Below are positions 9,139 through 17,183 of a stretch of 64,000 nt of DNA, one piece after another. The first letter of the stretch is position 1. Each line of letters opens with the position of its first letter. This DNA is from Candidatus Sericytochromatia bacterium (lineage in GTDB: Bacteria; Cyanobacteriota; Sericytochromatia; S15B-MN24; UBA4093): contig JAKFBU010000026.1 in NCBI GenBank assembly GCA_036676985.1, forward strand, positions 1 to 64,000. The letters run 5' to 3'. The translations under genes and the position numbers were made by a program. A model generated the notes under the pieces. It saw only the letters and a program-made list of their open reading frames with translations, was not told the origin of the DNA and ran no database searches.

Positions 9139-10584
9139 ATGCTAGCGGTGGCCGCCATCAACTGGGTTCTCTCGGGCTTCGGCGCGGTCATCGGCGCGAT
9201 CTTCGTCCTGGGCGCCCTCCAGTTCATCTACTTCGTCGTCAGCGGGGGCATCCCGGGGACGGGCTTCTACTATGCGCGGCGCCTGCGCGACGGCAACGCC
9301 CAGGTCCGCCAGGACGCGGTGCGCGAGCTGGTCGAGCGCGGCGACATCTTCGCCTTCGGCCTCCTGGTCAAGGCCCTCGAGGATCGCGACGTGGCCATCC
9401 GGGTCACGGCCATCGAAGGGCTCGGCAACTTCCGCAGCACCCTCATCATCGAGCCCCTGCTCAAGTTCCTGCAGGATCGCAACCTGATCGTCCGCATCAA
9501 GGCGATCGAGGCCATCGGCAAGGTCCCCTCCGCCGAGATCGGCCCGGTGCTCCTCGAGGTCCTGCGGGACTCGGACCCGCGCGCCAAGCTCGTCGCCCTG
9601 CGCATCTTCAAGGATCTGCGGGATCCCCAGGCCCTGCCCGCGATCGCACGCCTCGTCCTCGATTCCGACGAGCAGGTCCACCATGCGGTCCAGGGCGTGC
9701 TGATGCACTACGGCTCCGAGTCCATCCAGCACCTGGCGCACCTGCTCCCTGACTCGTCCGATGGCGCCAAGCGCCTGGTCAAGTGCATGCTCGACATCGA
9801 CCGCGTGGCCTCGTACGAGCCCCTCAAGGAGGTCTTCGCCACCTCGAACGATCCGCATGTCCTCAAGGAAACGCTCGAGGCCCTGACCTCCAGCGGCCGC
9901 CCCGGAACCGCGGAGTTCCTGTTGCCCTTCCTGCAGGACCCGGCGTTCCCGGCCCGCGAGCACGTGGTGGAGGCCATCCCCTACCTGCGCGATCCGGTGT
10001 GCGTCTTCCCGCTCTGCCACCTCCTGGGCGAGCACGACGTGCGCATCCGGCGCAAGGCGGCCACGGCGCTCGACATGCTCGTGACGTTGTGCCGGGACGT
10101 GGAGGTGGTCGATCCGCTTTGCTCGGCCCTCTTGGACTCGGACTCCGAGATCCGGCGCTATGCCGCCCGGGCGCTCGGCCGCATCGGCGGGGTGCTCATC
10201 CAGCAGAAGGTCATCCAGGCCATGTGGGGCGAGCATGCGGGGCCGGTCACGACCTTCATCGAGAACATCGTGGGCTACCCCATGAACCGGATGGTGAGCT
10301 TCGACGAGCTTCTCCTGGCCCTCGATCGGGTGATGACCAACCAGCGCCTCACCGAGGAGTCCATGCGCTGCATCGACCTCCTCGAAAGCCTCATGATCGT
10401 CCTGCATGGCGGGAACGTCCGGGGGCAGCGGGTGGACGACCACACGCTCGACCTGCTCATCAAGGGCCGGCGGACCTACTACCCGCTGCGTCTCTACGAG
10501 CTGCACCCCCTGGCGGGCAGTCTGCTCGACTTCGTCACGAGCAAGGCCGAGGGCGATCGCTGGCGCGTCTCGAGCATGGTCTAG
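9139..10584 (+). CDS. Membrane-anchored HEAT-repeat protein
   Basis: N-terminal hydrophobic segment then repeated L.D....VR..A..ALG units. Confidence 0.85.
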   Translation: MLAVAAINWVLSGFGAVIGAIFVLGALQFIYFVVSGGIPGTGFYYARRLRDGNAQVRQDAVRELVERGDIFAFGLLVKALEDRDVAIRVTAIEGLGNFRSTLIIEPLLKFLQDRNLIVRIKAIEAIGKVPSAEIGPVLLEVLRDSDPRAKLVALRIFKDLRDPQALPAIARLVLDSDEQVHHAVQGVLMHYGSESIQHLAHLLPDSSDGAKRLVKCMLDIDRVASYEPLKEVFATSNDPHVLKETLEALTSSGRPGTAEFLLPFLQDPAFPAREHVVEAIPYLRDPVCVFPLCHLLGEHDVRIRRKAATALDMLVTLCRDVEVVDPLCSALLDSDSEIRRYAARALGRIGGVLIQQKVIQAMWGEHAGPVTTFIENIVGYPMNRMVSFDELLLALDRVMTNQRLTEESMRCIDLLESLMIVLHGGNVRGQRVDDHTLDLLIKGRRTYYPLRLYELHPLAGSLLDFVTSKAEGDRWRVSSMV

Positions 10585-10633
10585 CGGCATCGCCAGGACC
10601 CGCCTGCCCGGGCCGGTCTGGTAGAATGGCGCT

Positions 10634-10981
10634 ATGGAAAAGAAGACGTGGGGCAAACTGCCCGAAATCCACATTTTGGTCTGCACGAACGAACGTCCGC
10701 CCGGCAATCCCAAGGGCTCTTGCGCCGAGAAGGGCTCGGTCGGCATCTTCGATGCCCTGAGGGTCGAGGTCGAGAAGCGCGGCCTGCGCGGCCGGGTGCT
10801 CGTGAACCGCAGCAACTGCCTCAAGCCCTGCGAGTTCGGACCCACGGTGGTCGTCCATCCGATGGGGACCTGGTACGGCGCGGTGGGCGTGGAAGACACC
10901 CCGGACATCCTGGACGCCGCCCTCCGCGGGGAGGCGGTGGAGCGTCTCCAGCTGCCGGAAGCGGCCTACAAGGCGTTTTAG
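10634..10981 (+). CDS. Thioredoxin-like [2Fe-2S] ferredoxin
   Basis: HILVCTNERP..NPKGSC...CLKPCEFGP..VVHP.GTWY. Confidence 0.9.
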   Translation: MEKKTWGKLPEIHILVCTNERPPGNPKGSCAEKGSVGIFDALRVEVEKRGLRGRVLVNRSNCLKPCEFGPTVVVHPMGTWYGAVGVEDTPDILDAALRGEAVERLQLPEAAYKAF

Positions 10982-11030
10982 CGGACGCTGACCTCCGGAC
11001 GATCGGCATGGAGGCGGGTCGTCACAAATT

Positions 11031-11086
11031 CTTTAGATTTTCTTAATCTGTCCTTAACTACCCTGGCTCCGGCGGTGGACTATAGT
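11031..11086 (+). promoter_or_regulatory. Three 11-bp-phased direct repeats (Pho-box-like) plus -10 TATAGT
   Basis: CTTTAGAT 11031, CTTAATCT 11042, CTTAACTA 11053; TATAGT 11081-11086. Confidence 0.55.
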
Positions 11087-11092
11087 GGTTCC

Positions 11093-11233
11093 CATCGCAC
11101 GATTCCTTTTCGGGCTGAAAACAAGGCCCAGCCTAAATTGGGAGCTTCATCCAGCCATCGTCGTCTCTTCGTCGCAAGCAACCTGTCGCTCTCAGTATCG
11201 CCGGCGGTCCGCAAGGACCGCCGGCTGTATTTT
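11093..11233 (+). ncRNA. Candidate small RNA (~140 nt)
   Basis: Upstream -10, 11-bp GC hairpin with GCAA loop (11200-11225) and T-rich tail; the next gene has its own extended -10 (TGCTAGAAT 11254-11262). Confidence 0.4.
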
Positions 11234-11291
11234 CAAGGCCCCGGGGCCCTGCGTGCTAGAATGAGGTCCGCTTCGCCCCCCTGAGGTACCC

Positions 11292-12257
11292 ATGATGACC
11301 CCTTCCGACCTGCGCGACTCGATTCCCACCCGCGTCACGGCGCTCTTCGGCATCCGCTACCCCATCGTCCAGGCCGGCATGATCTGGGTCTCGGGCGGCA
11401 AGCTCGCAGCAGCCGTCTCCAACGCCGGGGGGCTCGGCATCGTGGGGGCGGGCTCCATGCGCCCGGACCTCTTCCGCGAGCAGGTCCGGAAGGCTCGCGG
11501 GCTCACGCAGGCGCCTCTCGCCGTGAACATCCCCCTCTTCTACAAGTACGCGGAGGAGTGCCTCCACATCGCCCTCGAGGAGGGCGTGCGGGTCTTCTTC
11601 ATGTCCGGCGGCAGCCCTGCCAAGTACACGCCCATGCTCAAGGAGCGGGGTTGCACGGTGGTCCAGGTGGTCGGTACGGCCAAGCATGCCCTCAAGTCCG
11701 AGGCCGCCGGCTGCGACGCGGTGGTGGCCGAGGGCTTCGAGGCCGGCGGGCACAACAGCCCCGAGGAGACGACCACCATGGTGCTCGTGCCCCAGGTGGT
11801 CGATGCGGTCCGGATCCCGGTGATCGCCGCGGGCGGCATCGCCGACGGCCGGGCCATGGCGGCCGCCCTCGCCCTCGGTGCGGACGGAGTGCAGGTGGGC
11901 ACGCGCTTCGCGGCCACCCAGGAATCGGCGGGGCATCCGGCCTTCAAGGATGCCATCGTCGAGGCCCAGGAGGGCGACACCAAGCTCGTGCTCAAGCAGG
12001 TGGTGCCGGTGCGCCTCAAGCGCAACGCCTTCCGGGATCAGGTGATGGCCGCCGAGGCTCGCGGGGCGAGCAAGGAGGAGCTCACCGAGCTATTGGGCAG
12101 CGGGCGGGCGCGTCTCGCCATGCACGAGGGCAAGCTCGACGAGGGCGAGATCGAGATCGGGCAGGTGAGCGCGCTCATCCGGGACATCCCGCCCGCCGGC
12201 CATGTGGTGCGGCTCATGGTCGCGGAGTACGAGGCCACCAAGCGGCGCCTACCCTAA
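11292..12257 (+). CDS. Nitronate monooxygenase / enoyl-ACP reductase II (FabK-like)
   Basis: YPIVQAGM, SNAGGLG, EGFEAGGH, IPVIAAGGIADGR, GVQVGTRF. Confidence 0.9.
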   Translation: MMTPSDLRDSIPTRVTALFGIRYPIVQAGMIWVSGGKLAAAVSNAGGLGIVGAGSMRPDLFREQVRKARGLTQAPLAVNIPLFYKYAEECLHIALEEGVRVFFMSGGSPAKYTPMLKERGCTVVQVVGTAKHALKSEAAGCDAVVAEGFEAGGHNSPEETTTMVLVPQVVDAVRIPVIAAGGIADGRAMAAALALGADGVQVGTRFAATQESAGHPAFKDAIVEAQEGDTKLVLKQVVPVRLKRNAFRDQVMAAEARGASKEELTELLGSGRARLAMHEGKLDEGEIEIGQVSALIRDIPPAGHVVRLMVAEYEATKRRLP

Positions 12258-12264
12258 ACAGGGA

Positions 12265-12288
12265 GACAGGCACGGAGGCCTGTCCTAC
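12265..12288 (-). repeat. GTAG-type REP-like hairpin
   Basis: Minus strand reads GTAG-GACAGGC-CTCCGT-GCCTGTC, in a convergent intergenic region. Confidence 0.55.
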
Positions 12289-12308
12289 TGGAGGTGGTCC
12301 GGTGGGGG

Positions 12309-13073
12309 TCAGGCCTCGACGGCCAGGCGATCGGCGATCGCCACCATCTCCTCGAGCTCGTTCAAGAAGCGCACGCCCACGGTCACCGAGTCGATCCAGG
12401 GCTTGGAGAGGTTGAACCGCAGGGCGTCCTCCACGTCATGGGCGAGCTTGCCTTCGGCGAGCGTCTTCATGACGTAGGTGCCCTGGCCCGCCGCGCGCGC
12501 CTCCATGAGGGCCTTGCTGTAGTCCTTGAGGTTGGCGTCCATGTGGAGGTTGGCCTTGTTGAAGTTGGTCAGGATCACCTCGACGAGCGGGTGGGCGACC
12601 ACGGCCTCGAGCGTGAGGATCGCGTGCGTGGAGAGCCCCACCGCGCGCACCAGCCCCTCCTCTTTGCAGCGATGCAGCTCCTCGAGGGCCTGCATGCGCC
12701 GGCCGAACTCCTCGGGGCTGTCCACCTCGTGCAGCATGAACACGTCCAGGTAGTCCGTGCCGAGCTCCGTGAGCGCCTCTTCGACGCTCCGGCGCGCGTC
12801 TTGGGCCGAGAGCGCCCAGGTCTTGGTGACGATGACGATCTCCGACCGGTCGATCCCCTGCAGCCCGGCGCGGACGTGCGGATAGGTCCCGTAGTCGTCC
12901 GAGGTGTCCCAGAAGGTGACGCCCAGGGCATGGGCCCGCTGCAGCAGGGCGGCGTACTCGGAGACGGGCATGCGGGACTGGGCGGACTGGCAGTTGAAGC
13001 CGGTCGTGCCCGTCCCCAGCGCCAGGCGCGACACCTGGAGCCCCGTGTTGCCCAATGGAACGCGTGCGATCAT
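12309..13073 (-). CDS. Aldo/keto reductase
   Basis: LGNTGLQVSRLALGT, FWDTSDDYG, IVTK, LGTDYLDVFMLH, GLVRAVGLS. Confidence 0.9.
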   Translation of the reverse strand: MIARVPLGNTGLQVSRLALGTGTTGFNCQSAQSRMPVSEYAALLQRAHALGVTFWDTSDDYGTYPHVRAGLQGIDRSEIVIVTKTWALSAQDARRSVEEALTELGTDYLDVFMLHEVDSPEEFGRRMQALEELHRCKEEGLVRAVGLSTHAILTLEAVVAHPLVEVILTNFNKANLHMDANLKDYSKALMEARAAGQGTYVMKTLAEGKLAHDVEDALRFNLSKPWIDSVTVGVRFLNELEEMVAIADRLAVEA

Positions 13074-13074
13074 C

Positions 13075-13626
13075 CTAGTCCTCGAGGTCGGCCGGAGCGG
13101 CGAGCACGTAGCGCTCGTACTCCCTCAGGTGCGTGAAGGTCTTGGGGTCGGCCCGGTCGACGAAGAGCGTGCCGAAGAGGTGATCGATCTCGTGCTGCAG
13201 GACGATGGCGAAGAAGCCTTCGGCCTCGATCCGGACGGGCCGTCCCGCGCGGTCCAGGGCCTCGACGACAGCGCGGGTGGACCGGGCCACCTTGCCGCGC
13301 AGGTCGTCCACGCTCAGGCAGCCCTCGTAGCCCCACTCCCGCTCCTCGGAGAGGAAGGTGAAGCGCGGGTTGACGAGCACCGTCAGCGGGATGGGCGGGG
13401 CGTCCGGGTAGCGCGGGTTGCGGCCGCGGCCCTCGATGGCCACGATCGACAAGGACCGGAAGACCTGCGGGGCAGCGAGTCCCAGCCCGTTGGCATCGCG
13501 CATGGTCTCGATCAGGTCGTCGATGAGGCGCTGGGTATCGGGACTCAGCAGCTCCTCGACGCCGACCTCGCGGGCGACGTCGCGCAGGACGGGATGGCCG
13601 ATCTTCGCGATCTTCAGGAGCGCCAT
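13075..13626 (-). CDS. def: Peptide deformylase
   Basis: GLGLAAPQ, EGCLS and QHEIDHL motifs. Confidence 0.96.
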   Translation of the reverse strand: MALLKIAKIGHPVLRDVAREVGVEELLSPDTQRLIDDLIETMRDANGLGLAAPQVFRSLSIVAIEGRGRNPRYPDAPPIPLTVLVNPRFTFLSEEREWGYEGCLSVDDLRGKVARSTRAVVEALDRAGRPVRIEAEGFFAIVLQHEIDHLFGTLFVDRADPKTFTHLREYERYVLAAPADLED

Positions 13627-14036
13627 GCTTCCTTGTTCTCCAGCCACTCGGCCCCGGCCTCGAAGTGCTCCTTCTTCCAGATGGGCACCTCGGCCTTGAG
13701 GCGATCGATCCCGTACCGGCAGGCCTCGAAAGCCTCCTGCCGGTGGCCGGCCGAGACGCCGACCGCGACCGCGACCTCGCCGATGGCGAGCGGGCCGACG
13801 CGATGGACCATGGCCACCCGCTCGAGACCCCAGCGCGCCGTCATCTCGGCGCCGAGCTCCGCCATGAGCTTCTCGGCCATCTCGGCGTAGGCCTCGTACT
13901 CGAGCTGGTCGACCGAGCGCCCCTCGTTGTGGTCCCGCACGGTGCCCGTGAAGACGAGGACGGCCCCGGCGCGCGGGGACTGCAGGACGTCGTAGATCGG
14001 GCCCAGCTCGATGGGCGCGGAGACGATGCGGTACAT
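13614..14036 (-). CDS. moaE: Molybdopterin synthase catalytic subunit
   Basis: GAVLVFTGTVR, LEYEAY, HRVG, HRQEAF, LKAEVPIWKKE. Confidence 0.95.
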   Translation of the reverse strand: MYRIVSAPIELGPIYDVLQSPRAGAVLVFTGTVRDHNEGRSVDQLEYEAYAEMAEKLMAELGAEMTARWGLERVAMVHRVGPLAIGEVAVAVGVSAGHRQEAFEACRYGIDRLKAEVPIWKKEHFEAGAEWLENKEAWRS

Positions 14037-14040
14037 GGCG

Positions 14041-14295
14041 CTAGCCGCCGCTCACGGGCGGGATCAGGGCGATCTCCTGGCCGGGGGCGAGCAGGTGCTC
14101 CGGCCCCACGAAGGCCTGGTCGACCGCGACCCGCGCCGCCTGGACCAGAGGCCCGAGCTCGGGGTGGGCGGCCGCCAGGGCCGCCTTGAGGTCCCGGACA
14201 TGGGCCGGCTTGGGCAGGGTGAGATCGACCTCGGCGCGGCCGAGCCGGTCCTTGAGGCCTGCGAACAGGCGGATGCGAAGGGTCGTATCGTTCAT
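14041..14295 (-). CDS. moaD: Molybdopterin synthase sulfur carrier
   Basis: RLFAGLKD..G and C-terminal IALIPPVSGG; adjacent to moaE. Confidence 0.92.
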   Translation of the reverse strand: MNDTTLRIRLFAGLKDRLGRAEVDLTLPKPAHVRDLKAALAAAHPELGPLVQAARVAVDQAFVGPEHLLAPGQEIALIPPVSGG

Positions 14296-14409
14296 GTCCC
14301 TAATGATAGCGCATGATCGCGTCCCCAGCGCCCTGTACGCCGAACAGGGCCTGCGTCGCTCGACGCAAGCCCTGGGCAAGGGGGGAGGTGTGGAGGTGAG
14401 GGGAGTGGG

Positions 14410-14664
14410 TTAGCCGCCGAACATGCCGAAGAGACCCTTGATGAAGGGACCGATGACCGTGTCCCAGAGGTTGCTCAGGAAGCTCTGGATCTTCATGCCG
14501 GCCGCCTTGACGTCGAAGGTGCCGGTCGTGGGCTGAGGGGCGGGCTGCGTCGGGGCCGGAGCCGCCGTCGTCTGCGCGGGAGCCGGGGCCGTGGTGGCGC
14601 CACCGCCGGCCGCCACCACCGGGCGACGAACCATGGGGACGTAGGGCGAAGCACCGACACGCAT
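14410..14664 (-). CDS. Small hypothetical protein with Pro/Ala/Thr linker and amphipathic C-terminal helix
   Basis: GAGGAGG RBS before ATG 14664; ends FLSNLWDTVIGPFIKGLFGMFGG. Confidence 0.7.
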   Translation of the reverse strand: MRVGASPYVPMVRRPVVAAGGGATTAPAPAQTTAAPAPTQPAPQPTTGTFDVKAAGMKIQSFLSNLWDTVIGPFIKGLFGMFGG

Positions 14665-14752
14665 GTTGAACCTCCTCACGCGAAACCTGTCTGTTGAGTC
14701 CCTTATCTGGCGTTAGGAGGGTGTTAAGAGTAAAGGGAGTGGAAAATGGTAG

Positions 14753-16231
14753 TTAAGATTGCGATAACTCACCGACCCGGGCATGGGGCAGCATGAACGA
14801 GAAGGTCGTGCCCTCACCCTCGGTGCTCTCGACCGAGATCTCGCCGTGGTGGGCGTCGACGGCCTGCTTGACGATGGTGAGGCCGAGGCCGCTGCCGCCC
14901 TGGAGGCGCGATCGCCCGCGCGTGACGCGGAAGAAGCGATCGAAGATGTGGGGCAGATCGGCCGCGGGGATGCCGATGCCCGTGTCGCTCACCTGGAAGA
15001 GCGTGCCCTCGGGCGTCTCGAGGGCCTCCAGCGTGACCTTGCCGCCGTGCGGCGTGAACTTGACGGCGTTGGCCAGGAGGTTGACGAGGATCTGGCGCAG
15101 GCGCACCCGGTCGGCCGTCACGGGCAGGCCCGACGGCACCTTGAGCTCCAGGCGGATGTCGCGCTGGGCGGCCTGGGGATGGACCGTGGCGATCGCCTCC
15201 TCGATGACGCGCGCGGCGTCCAGGTCCTGGAGCTTCAGCTCGCTCTTGCCCTCGAGGGCCGCGAGATCCAGGAGATCGTTGACGAGCGCGTGCAGGCGGT
15301 CGAGCTCCCGGTAGGTATCCTCCAGAAAGGAGGTCCTCAGATCCGGATCCTCGGCGGCTCCGTCCAGGAGGCTCTCGACCAGCACCTTGAGGGAGGCGAC
15401 GGGCGTGCGCAGCTCGTGGCTCGCGTTGGCGATGAAGTCGCTCTTGAGGCGATCGGCCTCGATCTCGCGCGTGAGGTCGTGGTAGATGACGACATGGCCC
15501 ACCTGCACGCGGTCGGCGTTGTACAGGGGGCTGGAGAAGCGCTTGAGGAACTGTCGGGGCTCCACGAGCTCCAGCAGGTCGGTGCGCGGCTTCTCGGGGG
15601 CCTGGCGCATGCCCGCTTCGATCTCGCGCAGGCGCGCGGGCTGGGCCCAGCGATCGAGGAAGAGGTTGGCCGAGTCGAGGAAGGCCGTGTGCGCGCTGCC
15701 CGGCTGGGCCATCTGGCGCAGGGCGGGGTTGACCATGACGGCATGGAAGTCCAGGTCGTAGATGACCAGGCCGTCGGCCATGGAGTTGAGGACGGCCTCC
15801 AGCTCGTTCTTCTCGAGGATGAGCTTGTCGATCCGCATGTCGCGGTAGTGCTGCAGCTCCTCGGCGATCTGGCGCAGGCCCGTCATGAGGTGCCGGGCCT
15901 CGGTGGCGTTGGGCTCGGCCGGGAAGTTGAAGTCCCCGGTGGTGATCATGTCGATGGCGCGGTGCAGCCACGAGTACGGGCCCCAGATGGCGCCGCCGAT
16001 GGTGTAGCTGAGCGTCGAGGTGAGGACCACCGCGCCGACCCAGGCGGCGAGCGCCAGGGGCCAGGATCCCACGACCAGGGCCCCCTGCTTGGCCAAAAAG
16101 AGCAAGAGGAGGCCCGAGACCAGACCGGTCAGGGTCGTGACGCCGACCGTGACGGTTAAAGGCGGCTGTCCCGAGAGGGACAGCCGCGCTAGGGGGTTGG
16201 TGGGGCGCTTACTTTGCGGCCTCGCGGACAC
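14753..16231 (-). CDS. Sensor histidine kinase (2 TM, HAMP-like, PAS, HisKA, HATPase); PhoR/SphS-like
   Basis: FIANASHELRTP H-box, NLLANAVKFT, DTGIGIP, FDRFFR, GSGLGL; start uncertain. Confidence 0.92.
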   Translation of the reverse strand: MSARPQSKRPTNPLARLSLSGQPPLTVTVGVTTLTGLVSGLLLLFLAKQGALVVGSWPLALAAWVGAVVLTSTLSYTIGGAIWGPYSWLHRAIDMITTGDFNFPAEPNATEARHLMTGLRQIAEELQHYRDMRIDKLILEKNELEAVLNSMADGLVIYDLDFHAVMVNPALRQMAQPGSAHTAFLDSANLFLDRWAQPARLREIEAGMRQAPEKPRTDLLELVEPRQFLKRFSSPLYNADRVQVGHVVIYHDLTREIEADRLKSDFIANASHELRTPVASLKVLVESLLDGAAEDPDLRTSFLEDTYRELDRLHALVNDLLDLAALEGKSELKLQDLDAARVIEEAIATVHPQAAQRDIRLELKVPSGLPVTADRVRLRQILVNLLANAVKFTPHGGKVTLEALETPEGTLFQVSDTGIGIPAADLPHIFDRFFRVTRGRSRLQGGSGLGLTIVKQAVDAHHGEISVESTEGEGTTFSFMLPHARVGELSQS

Positions 16232-16922
16232 GGCGCTCGAAGCGGTAGCCCACGCCGCGCACCGTCTGGATGCGCATGGGGTTGTTGGGATCCTTTTCGA
16301 TCTTCTCCCGCAGCCAGTGGATGTGGACGTCCACCGTGCGGCCCTCGCCCGTGAAGTCGTAGCCCCACACCTGCTCGATGAGGAACTCGCGCGACAGGAC
16401 CTTGTTGGCGTTGAGGGCCATCAGCTTGAGGAGCTCGTACTCCTTGAGCGTCAGGTTGAGGACCTTGCCCGAGAGCGTGACCTCGTGGCGGGCGGTGTCG
16501 ATGACCAGGTCGCCGATCTCGATGCGATCGGGCTGGACCTGCTTGACCTCCTGGTAGCGGGCCACCAGGCGAAGGAGCGCCTTGATGCGGGCCAGCAGCT
16601 CACGGAGGCTGAAGGGCTTGGTGACGTACTCGTCGGCGCCGATCTCCAGGCCCACGACCTTGTCGATCTCCTCGCCCTTGGCCGTCAGCATGATGATGGG
16701 AATGGGCATCTCGGCGCGGATCTGGCGGCACACCTCGTAGCCGTCGAGGCTCGGGAGCATGACGTCCAGGATGACCAGGTTGGGCTTCTCGCGGCGGGCG
16801 GCCTCGACGGCTGCCTGGCCGTCCGAGGCGGTGGTCACCTGGTAGCCTTCCTTTTCCAGCGAGTACTGGATCGACTTCACGATCGAGGGTTCGTCGTCGA
16901 CGACCAGAATCTTGGCTGACAT
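16209..16922 (-). CDS. OmpR/PhoB-family response regulator (PhoB/SphR-like)
   Basis: ILVVDDE, LDVMLP, KPF; recognition helix RTVDVHIHWLREKIE; TVRGVGYRF. Confidence 0.93.
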   Translation of the reverse strand: MSAKILVVDDEPSIVKSIQYSLEKEGYQVTTASDGQAAVEAARREKPNLVILDVMLPSLDGYEVCRQIRAEMPIPIIMLTAKGEEIDKVVGLEIGADEYVTKPFSLRELLARIKALLRLVARYQEVKQVQPDRIEIGDLVIDTARHEVTLSGKVLNLTLKEYELLKLMALNANKVLSREFLIEQVWGYDFTGEGRTVDVHIHWLREKIEKDPNNPMRIQTVRGVGYRFERRVREAAK

Positions 16923-17183
16923 CAGGCGGGGATCTCCTTCTTGAGTCGAGTGGACGGGGCTCCAGAGGGCTCCAAGCCCCCGCCCTGTGCGGATCGACGG
17001 AACGTACCAACCAACTGAGCGGTATATACCCGGAGTGTTAAAAGTTTAACGGAGTCGAAACGAACACGCCAACGGAGCAAGAATTTATTCAAGTTTACAT
17101 AACAAGCCGGTTATCAGCGAAATGCCCTGGGTATGTCCCTCTTGGCGTTTTGCTTCCCCTGCAATCCAATCAGGAGGTCACCG

